In this document: in pieces, positions 26,008 through 33,462 of the stretch
How the letters are laid out: each line of letters opens with the position of its first letter
Numbering within the stretch: position 1 is the stretch's first letter
NCBI GenBank assembly: GCA_947467315.1
Contig: CANIID010000003.1
Span: 1 to 49,699, forward strand
Direction of reading: 5' to 3'
From: Betaproteobacteria bacterium
GTDB lineage: Bacteria > Pseudomonadota > Gammaproteobacteria > Burkholderiales > SG8-41
DNA: 49,699 bases
Position numbers and translations under genes: made by a program
Notes under the pieces: generated by a model
What the model was told of the DNA's origin: nothing
The model's input: the letters and a program-made list of their open reading frames with translations, nothing else
Databases searched by the model: none

Positions 26008-27765
26008 ATGAAAATTCTATCCAGCCTCACGCTGCGTCAGATGTTGACCGTGCCTTATGTGGCGCTGGTCTTGCTTGCCGCGGCAATCATAGGTCTGTTG
26101 TCGTACAGAGCCAGCAGCGAGGCGATAGATACCCTGTCGGATTATTTTTTGACGGAAACCGTCAACCGCATTGCGCAAGCCGTGGAGCAGCATATTTCAG
26201 GATCCGAGGCGGTGCTGGAAACGGCTTTTCCCAAGGATATGCCCGCGCCGGAATCCGTCAAGGATGATTTGGAGACATTGCGCACGCGTCTTTGGCTGGC
26301 GACAACCATACATCGAGAGCCAAACAACTACGCGTACTACGGAAACCGCAAGGGGCAGTTCATCGGCCTGTGGCGCTTTTCGGATACCGAGGCGGAGCTG
26401 CGTCTGCGCACCGGACTCGACCCGCACCGTTCCATTTACCGTTTTTCGCGCATGCGCGGCGAGCTGAAAGATCCCGTGCAGGAAACCCGCGCCTACGATC
26501 CGCGCGAACGTCCGTGGTTTAAGGCGGGGCAGGCCGCCACCACGCAAACCTGGACATCGATTTACATCGATTTCAAAACCTTGCAACTGGTGGGCACGCG
26601 CGCGCGGCGCGTCAACAATGCCACCGGTGAGTTTGAAGGCGTGGTGGCAACTGATTTGTTTCTCGAACATTTGAACGTTTTTCTCAAGCGCCTGAAACTG
26701 AGCCCCAACGGTTTTGCGTTCATCGTCGAACCCGACGGCAACCTGGTGGCCACATCGCGCGGCCCGCATTTACGCAAAGGGCCGGGAGAAGACAATACCC
26801 GGCTGAACGCATTGGCTAGCGATGATCCCATGATGGTTGCCACCTACAAAGCCGTGAGAGCTCTTGCCGAACGCAGCAACACAGCGGCGGGTTCGCACAC
26901 CAGCGCCTTTACCGCCCCGGACGGCAGTGCAATCCAGGCCGGTTATGCGCGCCTGCGCGACAACGCCGGGCTGGATTGGATCGTCGCGGTAGCCGTGCCG
27001 CGCAACGATTTTCTGCAAAAAATCACCGACAATGCCAAACAAACGGCGTTGATGGCGTTGATAGCCTGCGTGCTGATCACGCTGATCGGCGTTATGGTGC
27101 TCAACCGGATCGCGAAAGACCTGCGCAGCCGCGCGCTTGCCGCCAAACAGTTGGGCGAGGGCGTTGTCGGCGCCAAGATTCCGGTGGAGCGAAGCGACGA
27201 AATCGGTGATCTCGCCAAATCCTTCGCCGGCATGCAAAAGCAACTGCTCACCGATCGCTTGACCGGCATCGCCAACCGCGAATCGATCATTCGCCGTATA
27301 GAAGATCGCATAGTTCGGCAACGCCGCCGCGGCGACAGCCATCCGTTCGCCGTGCTGTTCGTGGACCTGAACGAGTTCAAACGGATCAACGATCGTTTCG
27401 GACACGACGTCGGCGACCGCGTCCTGACGGAGATCGGGCAACGCCTGGCGTCCAGCCTGCGCGACACCGACCTCGCGGCGCGCTACGGCGGCGACGAGTT
27501 CGTGGTGCTGCTGGAAAACGTGGCGAATCGCGCCAATGCCATGAGCGCCCGCGACAATCTCGAGCGCGCCTTGGCCGCGCCATTACAGTCCCTCGAAGGC
27601 CTCGCGCCCGATGTGGATTTGATACGCGCCGGCGCCGCCATCGGCATCGCGCTGTGTCCCGAAGAAGGGCAGGACATGGAAACGCTGCTCAAGCGCGCCG
27701 ACGAAGACATGTATCAGCGCAAGCAGGGGCGCGCCGCGGGCATCGACGCGGCGGTGGGGGATTGA
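26008..27765 (+). CDS. Diguanylate cyclase with dCache sensor and HAMP domain
   Basis: Two TM helices; YDPRERPWF Cache motif; ERSDEIGDLA HAMP; DRLTGIANR, DLNEFKRINDRFGHDVGD, RDTD I-site and intact GGDEF. Confidence 0.93.
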   Translation: MKILSSLTLRQMLTVPYVALVLLAAAIIGLLSYRASSEAIDTLSDYFLTETVNRIAQAVEQHISGSEAVLETAFPKDMPAPESVKDDLETLRTRLWLATTIHREPNNYAYYGNRKGQFIGLWRFSDTEAELRLRTGLDPHRSIYRFSRMRGELKDPVQETRAYDPRERPWFKAGQAATTQTWTSIYIDFKTLQLVGTRARRVNNATGEFEGVVATDLFLEHLNVFLKRLKLSPNGFAFIVEPDGNLVATSRGPHLRKGPGEDNTRLNALASDDPMMVATYKAVRALAERSNTAAGSHTSAFTAPDGSAIQAGYARLRDNAGLDWIVAVAVPRNDFLQKITDNAKQTALMALIACVLITLIGVMVLNRIAKDLRSRALAAKQLGEGVVGAKIPVERSDEIGDLAKSFAGMQKQLLTDRLTGIANRESIIRRIEDRIVRQRRRGDSHPFAVLFVDLNEFKRINDRFGHDVGDRVLTEIGQRLASSLRDTDLAARYGGDEFVVLLENVANRANAMSARDNLERALAAPLQSLEGLAPDVDLIRAGAAIGIALCPEEGQDMETLLKRADEDMYQRKQGRAAGIDAAVGD

Positions 27766-27890
27766 GATAAGACAAGCCCGCCCCGCGCGTGCCGGCCATG
27801 ATGACAAGCCAACCGGGCTGCCGTCACGCCCCCACGGATACGCGGTCGACGCGTTGAACGGATAGTCGGCAATCGCTATTACAAAAATAA

Positions 27891-29216
27891 TTACGTCGCC
27901 CGCGAAAGCGCCCACTCCCGCCGCCAATTCCGCTGAAAATCGCGGCGCCGCTGCTGCGTGAATTCATCGCTGTAGAGCACGCGCGTGAGTTGATAAAACC
28001 CCGCGCGTAATTCGGCGACGCTCATTTTTTTGGGCCGGATGTTGATGTCGAACAGGGTGCATTTTTCCCACGCGTTTTCTTCGATCAGGCGGCCTTCGCG
28101 TTGCATCTGGCGGTAGAGCGGCGTGCCGGGAAATGGCGTGGGCAGCGTGATCTGTACGTCCCACGGCATCGCGTCGGCTACAAAATCTATCAAAGAATCA
28201 AATACTTGCGGGCCATGACCGTCGAGGCCCAGCACGAAGCAGGCGTTCACCGTGATGCCGTGGCCTTGGATGCGGCGGATCGCTTCTTTGTATTGATCGT
28301 AACTTTTCAGCTTGAAGTTCTTACGCATTTCCACGCCGCCGAGCGCGTCCGCAGTCGGGCTTTCAAAGCCGATCAGCACTTGCGCGCAGCCGGACTTGCG
28401 CATTTTGGCGAGCAGTGCGTCGTCTTCGTAAATCGACAAATCGGTTTCGGTAAACCAGCGTATGCGGCGTTTCGCGAGATCGGGCAGTAACTCGTGCCAG
28501 TAGTCGCGATTGATGAACGAATTGTCGTCGGCGAATTCGATAAACGGACGCGGCCACAGCGCGCGGATGCGGTCGATCTCTGCGAGCACTTTGGCGATGG
28601 GTTTTTGTTTGTATTTGCGCGTGAGCAAAATCGAGCTCGCACAAAAGTTGCAGCGCCACGGGCAGCCGCGGCTGGTTTGCACGGTGATGCGGTTGTAGCG
28701 TTCGATGTCGAGCAACTCAAATGCGGGCATCGGCGCATTGGCGAGATCAAACTCCTGCCCGCGCAGGTCATACACTGGCTTCAATGAGCCGCGCTCTGCG
28801 TCCGCCATAATAAGCGGCCACGCAAGTTCGCCTTCGCCGAGCACGGCAATGGCGTCGTGCTGTTCCGGCTCGCCAGGCACGCTGGTGACGTGCAGGCCGC
28901 CCATCACCACCGGGATGCCGAGCGCGCGATAGTGCGCGGCTACGCGGTAGGCGTCTTTGATCTGCGCGCTCAGGCTGGAGATGGCGACGAGATCAAAGTT
29001 TACCGGCAGCGTGGGGATCACTTCCGCGGACGGCGCTTCGTGATAGCTCACCGTGTGAGGGCGCGGCGTCATGCCCGCCAGCGTCAACAGTCCCAGACTC
29101 GGCAGCGAGGCAATCTGTTTGCTGCGTTCGACAAACCCCGGCAGTGTGAGTCCGAGTTCCAGCAGCTCGGTGTCACAGGCGCGGATGCCGCTCATGGCGA
29201 TTAGGCCGATGTTCAT
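27891..29216 (-). CDS. Cobalamin-binding radical SAM protein (class B-like)
   Basis: PSLGLLTLA and VVMGGLHVT B12-binding domain; SRGCPWRCNFC CxxxCxxC motif; FADDN, IGFES and TPFPGTPLY. Confidence 0.92.
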   Translation of the reverse strand: MNIGLIAMSGIRACDTELLELGLTLPGFVERSKQIASLPSLGLLTLAGMTPRPHTVSYHEAPSAEVIPTLPVNFDLVAISSLSAQIKDAYRVAAHYRALGIPVVMGGLHVTSVPGEPEQHDAIAVLGEGELAWPLIMADAERGSLKPVYDLRGQEFDLANAPMPAFELLDIERYNRITVQTSRGCPWRCNFCASSILLTRKYKQKPIAKVLAEIDRIRALWPRPFIEFADDNSFINRDYWHELLPDLAKRRIRWFTETDLSIYEDDALLAKMRKSGCAQVLIGFESPTADALGGVEMRKNFKLKSYDQYKEAIRRIQGHGITVNACFVLGLDGHGPQVFDSLIDFVADAMPWDVQITLPTPFPGTPLYRQMQREGRLIEENAWEKCTLFDINIRPKKMSVAELRAGFYQLTRVLYSDEFTQQRRRDFQRNWRREWALSRAT

Positions 29217-29270
29217 GTATGCACCGAACAGAATTTATTTGAGCAAGTCTGCGTCAGGTGAGATGAGAAT

Positions 29271-29364
29271 GCTCCTTCCCCTTCAGGGGGAAGGTGGGGA
29301 TGGGGGTGGGGTTCAGCGCGTTGACCCCACCCCCTCCCTAGCCCTCCCCCTGAAGGGGGGGGGA
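29271..29364. repeat. Purine/pyrimidine-tract palindromic repeat (second copy)
   Basis: GCTCCTTCCCCTTCAGGGGGAAGGTGGGGATGGGGGT ... ACCCCCTCCCTAGCCCTCCCCCTGAAGGGGGG; same family as 21085. Confidence 0.8.
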
Positions 29365-29414
29365 CTGGCACATCGGTAAGTGAGGCGAATTTCGCAAAGA
29401 AGGTGATATTCATT

Positions 29415-29795
29415 TTAAAACCCTCCGTAAATCAGCAAGCCCGTCGCCCCGGTCAGCGCAATCACCGGCAACGGAAACAAATGCCGCAGCGGTTTGTGCA
29501 GCGCCGCCAGCACGCACACGCTCGGCATCAAAATCGCCCCCGCGATCAGCAGCGGCGAAATCCACGCCGCGTATACACCGGCACTGGCGATAAACGCCGT
29601 GTTGGCATAAGCGAAATTCAGAAACGCAATGCCGAAAAAACTGATGTGCCCGAGCCGCAGCAGGCGCCGCTGCCACGAGCCGTAGCCGCCCAGCCAGTGA
29701 TCGGCGTGGAAAAACAATCCCATCGCCGCGCCACTGACCATGCCGAGCAACACACCCAGCCACGCCCACCACAAATGCGTTTGTGCGATGGTCAT
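29415..29795 (-). CDS. Small 4-TM membrane protein of unknown function
   Basis: Four hydrophobic segments; WLGGYGSWQRRLLRLGH motif; 2 bp from the upstream gene. Confidence 0.75.
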   Translation of the reverse strand: MTIAQTHLWWAWLGVLLGMVSGAAMGLFFHADHWLGGYGSWQRRLLRLGHISFFGIAFLNFAYANTAFIASAGVYAAWISPLLIAGAILMPSVCVLAALHKPLRHLFPLPVIALTGATGLLIYGGF

Positions 29796-29797
29796 GA

Positions 29798-30067
29798 TTA
29801 CAAACCTGCCGGGCTGCTATCACGCTCCCACGGGTTTGCCGTGGTGTTGCTGAACGGGTAATCGCCGAGTTCCATCTCCGTTGTGACCGGCGCGGCGAAC
29901 AGGTAGCGGCGCATCGCGCTGCCGGCGGCCACCGCGAGCATCGCGGCACAGGCGAAGAGTTTCGCTTCCGGGTTGGGGATCGCGGTCAGTGCCGCAATGC
30001 CGCCGCCGATACCCAACAAGGGGCCTGCATTCATCATCACACCGGCCATCGTCGTATTTGCGTTCAT
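29798..30067 (-). CDS. Small hypothetical membrane protein
   Basis: AAGGAAG RBS; two hydrophobic segments; first gene of the divergent operon. Confidence 0.55.
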   Translation of the reverse strand: MNANTTMAGVMMNAGPLLGIGGGIAALTAIPNPEAKLFACAAMLAVAAGSAMRRYLFAAPVTTEMELGDYPFSNTTANPWERDSSPAGL

Positions 30068-30179
30068 GTCTGCTTCCTTTCCGTGGTTGCATGGTTGGTT
30101 AAGAACACGGAGCGGAGTTTGGCGGCGAGACTTAGAAGTATCAATTAGCGGATAAAAAGTAGCTTACGGTGATATTTTG

Positions 30180-30196
30180 GTATCGAAATATGATAC
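30180..30196. promoter_or_regulatory. Palindromic operator candidate GTATC-N7-GATAC
   Basis: GTATCGAAATATGATAC in the AT-rich divergent intergenic region; GTATC half-sites also at 30138 and 30205. Confidence 0.5.
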
Positions 30197-30235
30197 TTTT
30201 GTTCGTATCGACACTTTGCGAAAAGGAATCCAGCC

Positions 30236-30973
30236 ATGAGCACCGCCTATCTGTTCGAGGGCCTCAAGGCGCACTACCGCGCGCGCGGGCTGAACTATCG
30301 CGATGTCGCCAAGGCGCTGAAAATTTCCGAAGCGACAGTGAAGCGCGTCTTCTCCACGCGCGACTGCACCCTCGCGCGGCTGGAGGAGCTGTGTGCCGTG
30401 GTGCAGGTGGACATCGCGGAAATCGCACGCGGTGCGCCGCGTACCATGCGCTTGATCACACAACTCACCAAAGATCAGGAGCAGGAACTCGTCGACGACC
30501 TGCGGCTATTGATCGTTGCCGTGTGCGCGATGGGCAACGTGCCGCTGGCCGACATCGTGCGCGTCTATGACATCAGCCAAACGCAATGCATCGGCCTGCT
30601 GGCGAAGCTCGACCGCATCGGCTTTCTGGATTTGCAGGAGAACAATCACTACCGCCTGCTGGTGGCGCGCACCTTCCAGTGGATACCCGACGGCCCCATC
30701 ATGCGCTGGACCAAACAGCAGGCGGGTGATTATTTCAACTACCCGTTCATGCAGCCCGGCGAGATGCTGCGTATCGTCAACGTGCGCGTGTCAGCCGAAG
30801 CGCGCGTGGCGCTGTTGGCGCGCATGGAACAGCTTGCATTGGAATACGCCGAGCAGCACAACGCCGATTCGTGGCTGCCGCTGGAGCAGCGTGAGACGAT
30901 CAGTTTGTGTCTGGCGGTGCGGCCTTGGGAGCCGGCGGCGTTTGGGAAGTTGTGGCGGGGGGTGGCGGGATGA
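30236..30973 (+). CDS. XRE-family HTH transcriptional regulator with long C-terminal domain
   Basis: GLNYRDVAKALKISEATVKRVFS HTH; AAGGA RBS. Confidence 0.88.
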   Translation: MSTAYLFEGLKAHYRARGLNYRDVAKALKISEATVKRVFSTRDCTLARLEELCAVVQVDIAEIARGAPRTMRLITQLTKDQEQELVDDLRLLIVAVCAMGNVPLADIVRVYDISQTQCIGLLAKLDRIGFLDLQENNHYRLLVARTFQWIPDGPIMRWTKQQAGDYFNYPFMQPGEMLRIVNVRVSAEARVALLARMEQLALEYAEQHNADSWLPLEQRETISLCLAVRPWEPAAFGKLWRGVAG

Positions 30974-31009
30974 ACCGTTGGGTGCAATTGTTTATTGCGC
31001 CGGGTTTTC

Positions 31010-31078
31010 TTTCAACGTTTGCGGTAAGCCGCGCGTGGAGGCCGACCGGAGCGGGTCGGCTGGACTGAAGGGTTACCG
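31010..31078 (-). mobile_element. Integron attC-like recombination site
   Basis: Minus strand: CGGTAAC CCTTCAGTCCAGCCGACCCGCTCCGGTCGGCCTCCACGCGCGGCTTACCGCAAAC GTTGAAA. This gives an AAC...GTT core with L-box-like arms and a central hairpin. Confidence 0.7.
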
Positions 31079-31581
31079 TCTTTCCCGTAGACAACATAGG
31101 CTTTGTCCTTCTTTTCGTCGAGCGTGAAGATGAACGAGCGATGTGCCCCCCGCACATTATGGCTCTTGAAGCGTTCTTTCGCGACCAAGTCTGCCCATGG
31201 GAAGCGCCAGATTCGATCAATTGAGTAATCGTCGCGGAGATGAACGAATAGAAGGTGCGTGGGACAGTGTTGCCCATCAAGTTTTGGTATGGCACTGGTT
31301 CTTTGCCATCCTGTTCCGAGGCCCTTTCTGGTTTTTACGGAGACTCTCCACCCGTTCGCGCAGACAAAGTCATGCTCTTCTCTGTCGTGTACGAGCGTCC
31401 CGTCCATAAGAAGCTTTCCGTAGATTTCACCAAGCCAGCCGACGAGTTCATTGCCCTTCAGCGTCTTGCCATCGGCGTAGTCAGATAGCTTCACGCGTAT
31501 CTTGTTTTGAAGCGCAGCCAGCTCAGTGAACAGGCTACCGCATTCTTGCTCGAGGGCGGATACGTTAGCTGAGTTCGTCAT
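31012..31581 (-). CDS. Cassette-borne hypothetical protein, PD-(D/E)XK nuclease-like
   Basis: LVGWLGE...HDF...VSVKTRK spacing is like PD-(D/E)XK enzymes. GC is visibly lower than the flanks. ATG lies 6 nt after a GTTGGGC core (31594-31588). The 3' end reads through the attC. Confidence 0.65.
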   Translation of the reverse strand: MTNSANVSALEQECGSLFTELAALQNKIRVKLSDYADGKTLKGNELVGWLGEIYGKLLMDGTLVHDREEHDFVCANGWRVSVKTRKGLGTGWQRTSAIPKLDGQHCPTHLLFVHLRDDYSIDRIWRFPWADLVAKERFKSHNVRGAHRSFIFTLDEKKDKAYVVYGKDGNPSVQPTRSGRPPRAAYRKR

Positions 31582-31697
31582 CGAGACGCCCAACGTGTAA
31601 TGGTCATCAGGTGACGGGTCACAAAGCATCGTCTGACGCAGAGCATAAAATCTACCGGAACCAAAACGCTATACATACGCAGCCCCTCATTCAGTAA

Positions 31698-31718
31698 GTA
31701 GGATGGGTGCAACCCATC
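31698..31718. repeat. Single GTAG-type REP
   Basis: GTAG-GATGGGTGCAACCCATC hairpin. Confidence 0.6.
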
Positions 31719-31737
31719 ACCGCCGCGCAGCGGCAAA

Positions 31738-33186
31738 CTATTTCTGCGCAGGAAAAGCATCAAGCAAAGCCTTAGCCGCATCCCCAGATTTCTCCAGCCC
31801 AGCCACCACATCCGCCAACCGATCCACGTCAGCCGCACTCGCGCCCAACCCAAACTCCAAACACCCCCGCACCTTGCCGCGCATCTCGGCGTCGGTCATC
31901 GGGTCTTGCGGGCTGCCTTTGACGGTTTCACACTTGAGTTCGATGACCTTGCCGGATTTCAGCGTGAGTTTGACGCGCGCGGGTTCGATGGCGGTGGGGT
32001 TGATGGCCGGGTCGTCCACCACTTTGGTCATGGCCGCGATGGCGGCGATGCTGCTGTCGGTGATCGCGGGTTTGCGATAGCTGTGTAAATCGACTTTGCC
32101 GTCCGCGAACGCGCGAGCAAAGCTGTAGCTGCTGTTGAATTGCGCGTGTACGACCTCGTTGCGCGCGGGTTCGTACGGCGCGCCGACGGTGAGCCAGTTG
32201 ACGTTGCTCATGCCGATTTCGATGGCGGCGACATCGGCGGGTTTGATGCCTTGTTGATGCAGTTCAATGCCGATGCCGATGGGCGTGTGGTTGCAGCGGC
32301 AGCACGGATACGGTTTGAAGCTGTACTCCGCGACGCGCCAGTCTTGGCCTAAGCCGTCGGTGAGGATTTCCGGCTTCACTTCATTGCGTTCGTACAGCGC
32401 GAACAATCCCGCGTTGCCTTCAAGCGTGCCGCGCGTGCTGGTCAAGCCGTCGGCGGCGAGAAACGCGCCCATCACCGCGTTGCGCGCGGCGAAGCCCGGC
32501 CCCAATCGCTTGGACAACACGCCGTCGCGCATGCTTTGCGCCGAGCCGCTGGCCTGATGGAACGCCATGCCGAGTGCGTTGGCAAGACCGTTCGCGTCGA
32601 GCTTCAACAATTTGCCTGCGGCAACGCCGGCAGCCACCGTGCCGAAAATCATCGTCGGATGCCAGCCCTTGCCCAAGCTGTTGTAGCAAGCGAGCCCAAG
32701 TCGCGCGTGCAGTTCCGCGCCGATGGCATACGCGAGAATAAAATCTTTGCCGCTGACGGGTTTGCCTTCCGCCGACAAATCCTCGGCGGTGGCGAGCAGC
32801 GTGGGCAGCACCACCGCGCTGGTGTGTACGCGCGCGGGATCGTGCTGATCGTCAAAATCCAGTGCGTGCGCGGCTGCGCCGTTGGCCATGGCGGCGGTGG
32901 GCGGCGAATAACGGCGCTTGCCGATCAAACCCGTGGTGGAACCCGTTTTTTCCCAGCGCGACAGGCGCGCGTTTAATTCGGCAATGCCGGGCGCGTTGGC
33001 TGCGCCGCCGATCACGCCGAGCGTGTCGAGTATCAGCGCTTTAACGTTGTGCAGTACCGGTGCGGGCAGCGTGTCATAGGTCCATCCCGCGATGGTGGCG
33101 CACAGCGCGCGGCTGTAGCCATCGGGCAGGGGCAGGGTTGTCGCGGCGAACATTTCTTTTACATTAGTTACGTTAGGGGCGGTCAT
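31738..33186 (-). CDS. MmgE/PrpD family protein
   Basis: NGAAAHALDFDD, GWHPT, LEGNAG, FKPYPCC and KGSPQDPM motifs. Start chosen from the GGAG RBS. Confidence 0.9.
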   Translation of the reverse strand: MTAPNVTNVKEMFAATTLPLPDGYSRALCATIAGWTYDTLPAPVLHNVKALILDTLGVIGGAANAPGIAELNARLSRWEKTGSTTGLIGKRRYSPPTAAMANGAAAHALDFDDQHDPARVHTSAVVLPTLLATAEDLSAEGKPVSGKDFILAYAIGAELHARLGLACYNSLGKGWHPTMIFGTVAAGVAAGKLLKLDANGLANALGMAFHQASGSAQSMRDGVLSKRLGPGFAARNAVMGAFLAADGLTSTRGTLEGNAGLFALYERNEVKPEILTDGLGQDWRVAEYSFKPYPCCRCNHTPIGIGIELHQQGIKPADVAAIEIGMSNVNWLTVGAPYEPARNEVVHAQFNSSYSFARAFADGKVDLHSYRKPAITDSSIAAIAAMTKVVDDPAINPTAIEPARVKLTLKSGKVIELKCETVKGSPQDPMTDAEMRGKVRGCLEFGLGASAADVDRLADVVAGLEKSGDAAKALLDAFPAQK

Positions 33187-33303
33187 AATATGAATCTCCG
33201 GCGTGTTTGTAATCAAACGCTATCACAAACGTGTGCCGCCCGGTGGGCGTGCTATTGTTAAAATCAACGTAGTAACAGAGAACGAGCAGGACGAAACCCG
33301 TGT

Positions 33304-33415
33304 CCGTCATTCCGGCGAAGGCCGGAATCCAGGTGGTAACCCCATGCGAAGCATCTAAATAATGATCCTTCGGATTGAATTACGCACTGGATTCCGGCCT
33401 TCGCCGGAATGACGG
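33304..33415. repeat. CGTCATTCC-type REP doublet
   Basis: Perfect 29-bp inverted repeat CCGTCATTCCGGCGAAGGCCGGAATCCAG (33304-33332 / 33387-33415). Confidence 0.9.
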
Positions 33416-33462
33416 TGGTGGCGTGGCGCGTTTAACGCCAAACGCAGTCAACTGGAAAAACC

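Noticed and set aside
29798-30067. RiPP precursor for the radical SAM enzyme
   Set aside because: Looks like a 2-TM protein; no RRE/SPASM domain, peptidase or exporter nearby.
31595-31690. Second attC or attI upstream of the cassette
   Set aside because: Only the ...TTACAC-GTT end resembles an attC; no matching AAC box or hairpin was found and there is no intI.
33223-33240. Sigma-54 promoter (CGGCACACGTTTGT on minus strand; similar TGGCACACGTTAGT at 49142)
   Set aside because: The invariant -12 GC is missing in both.
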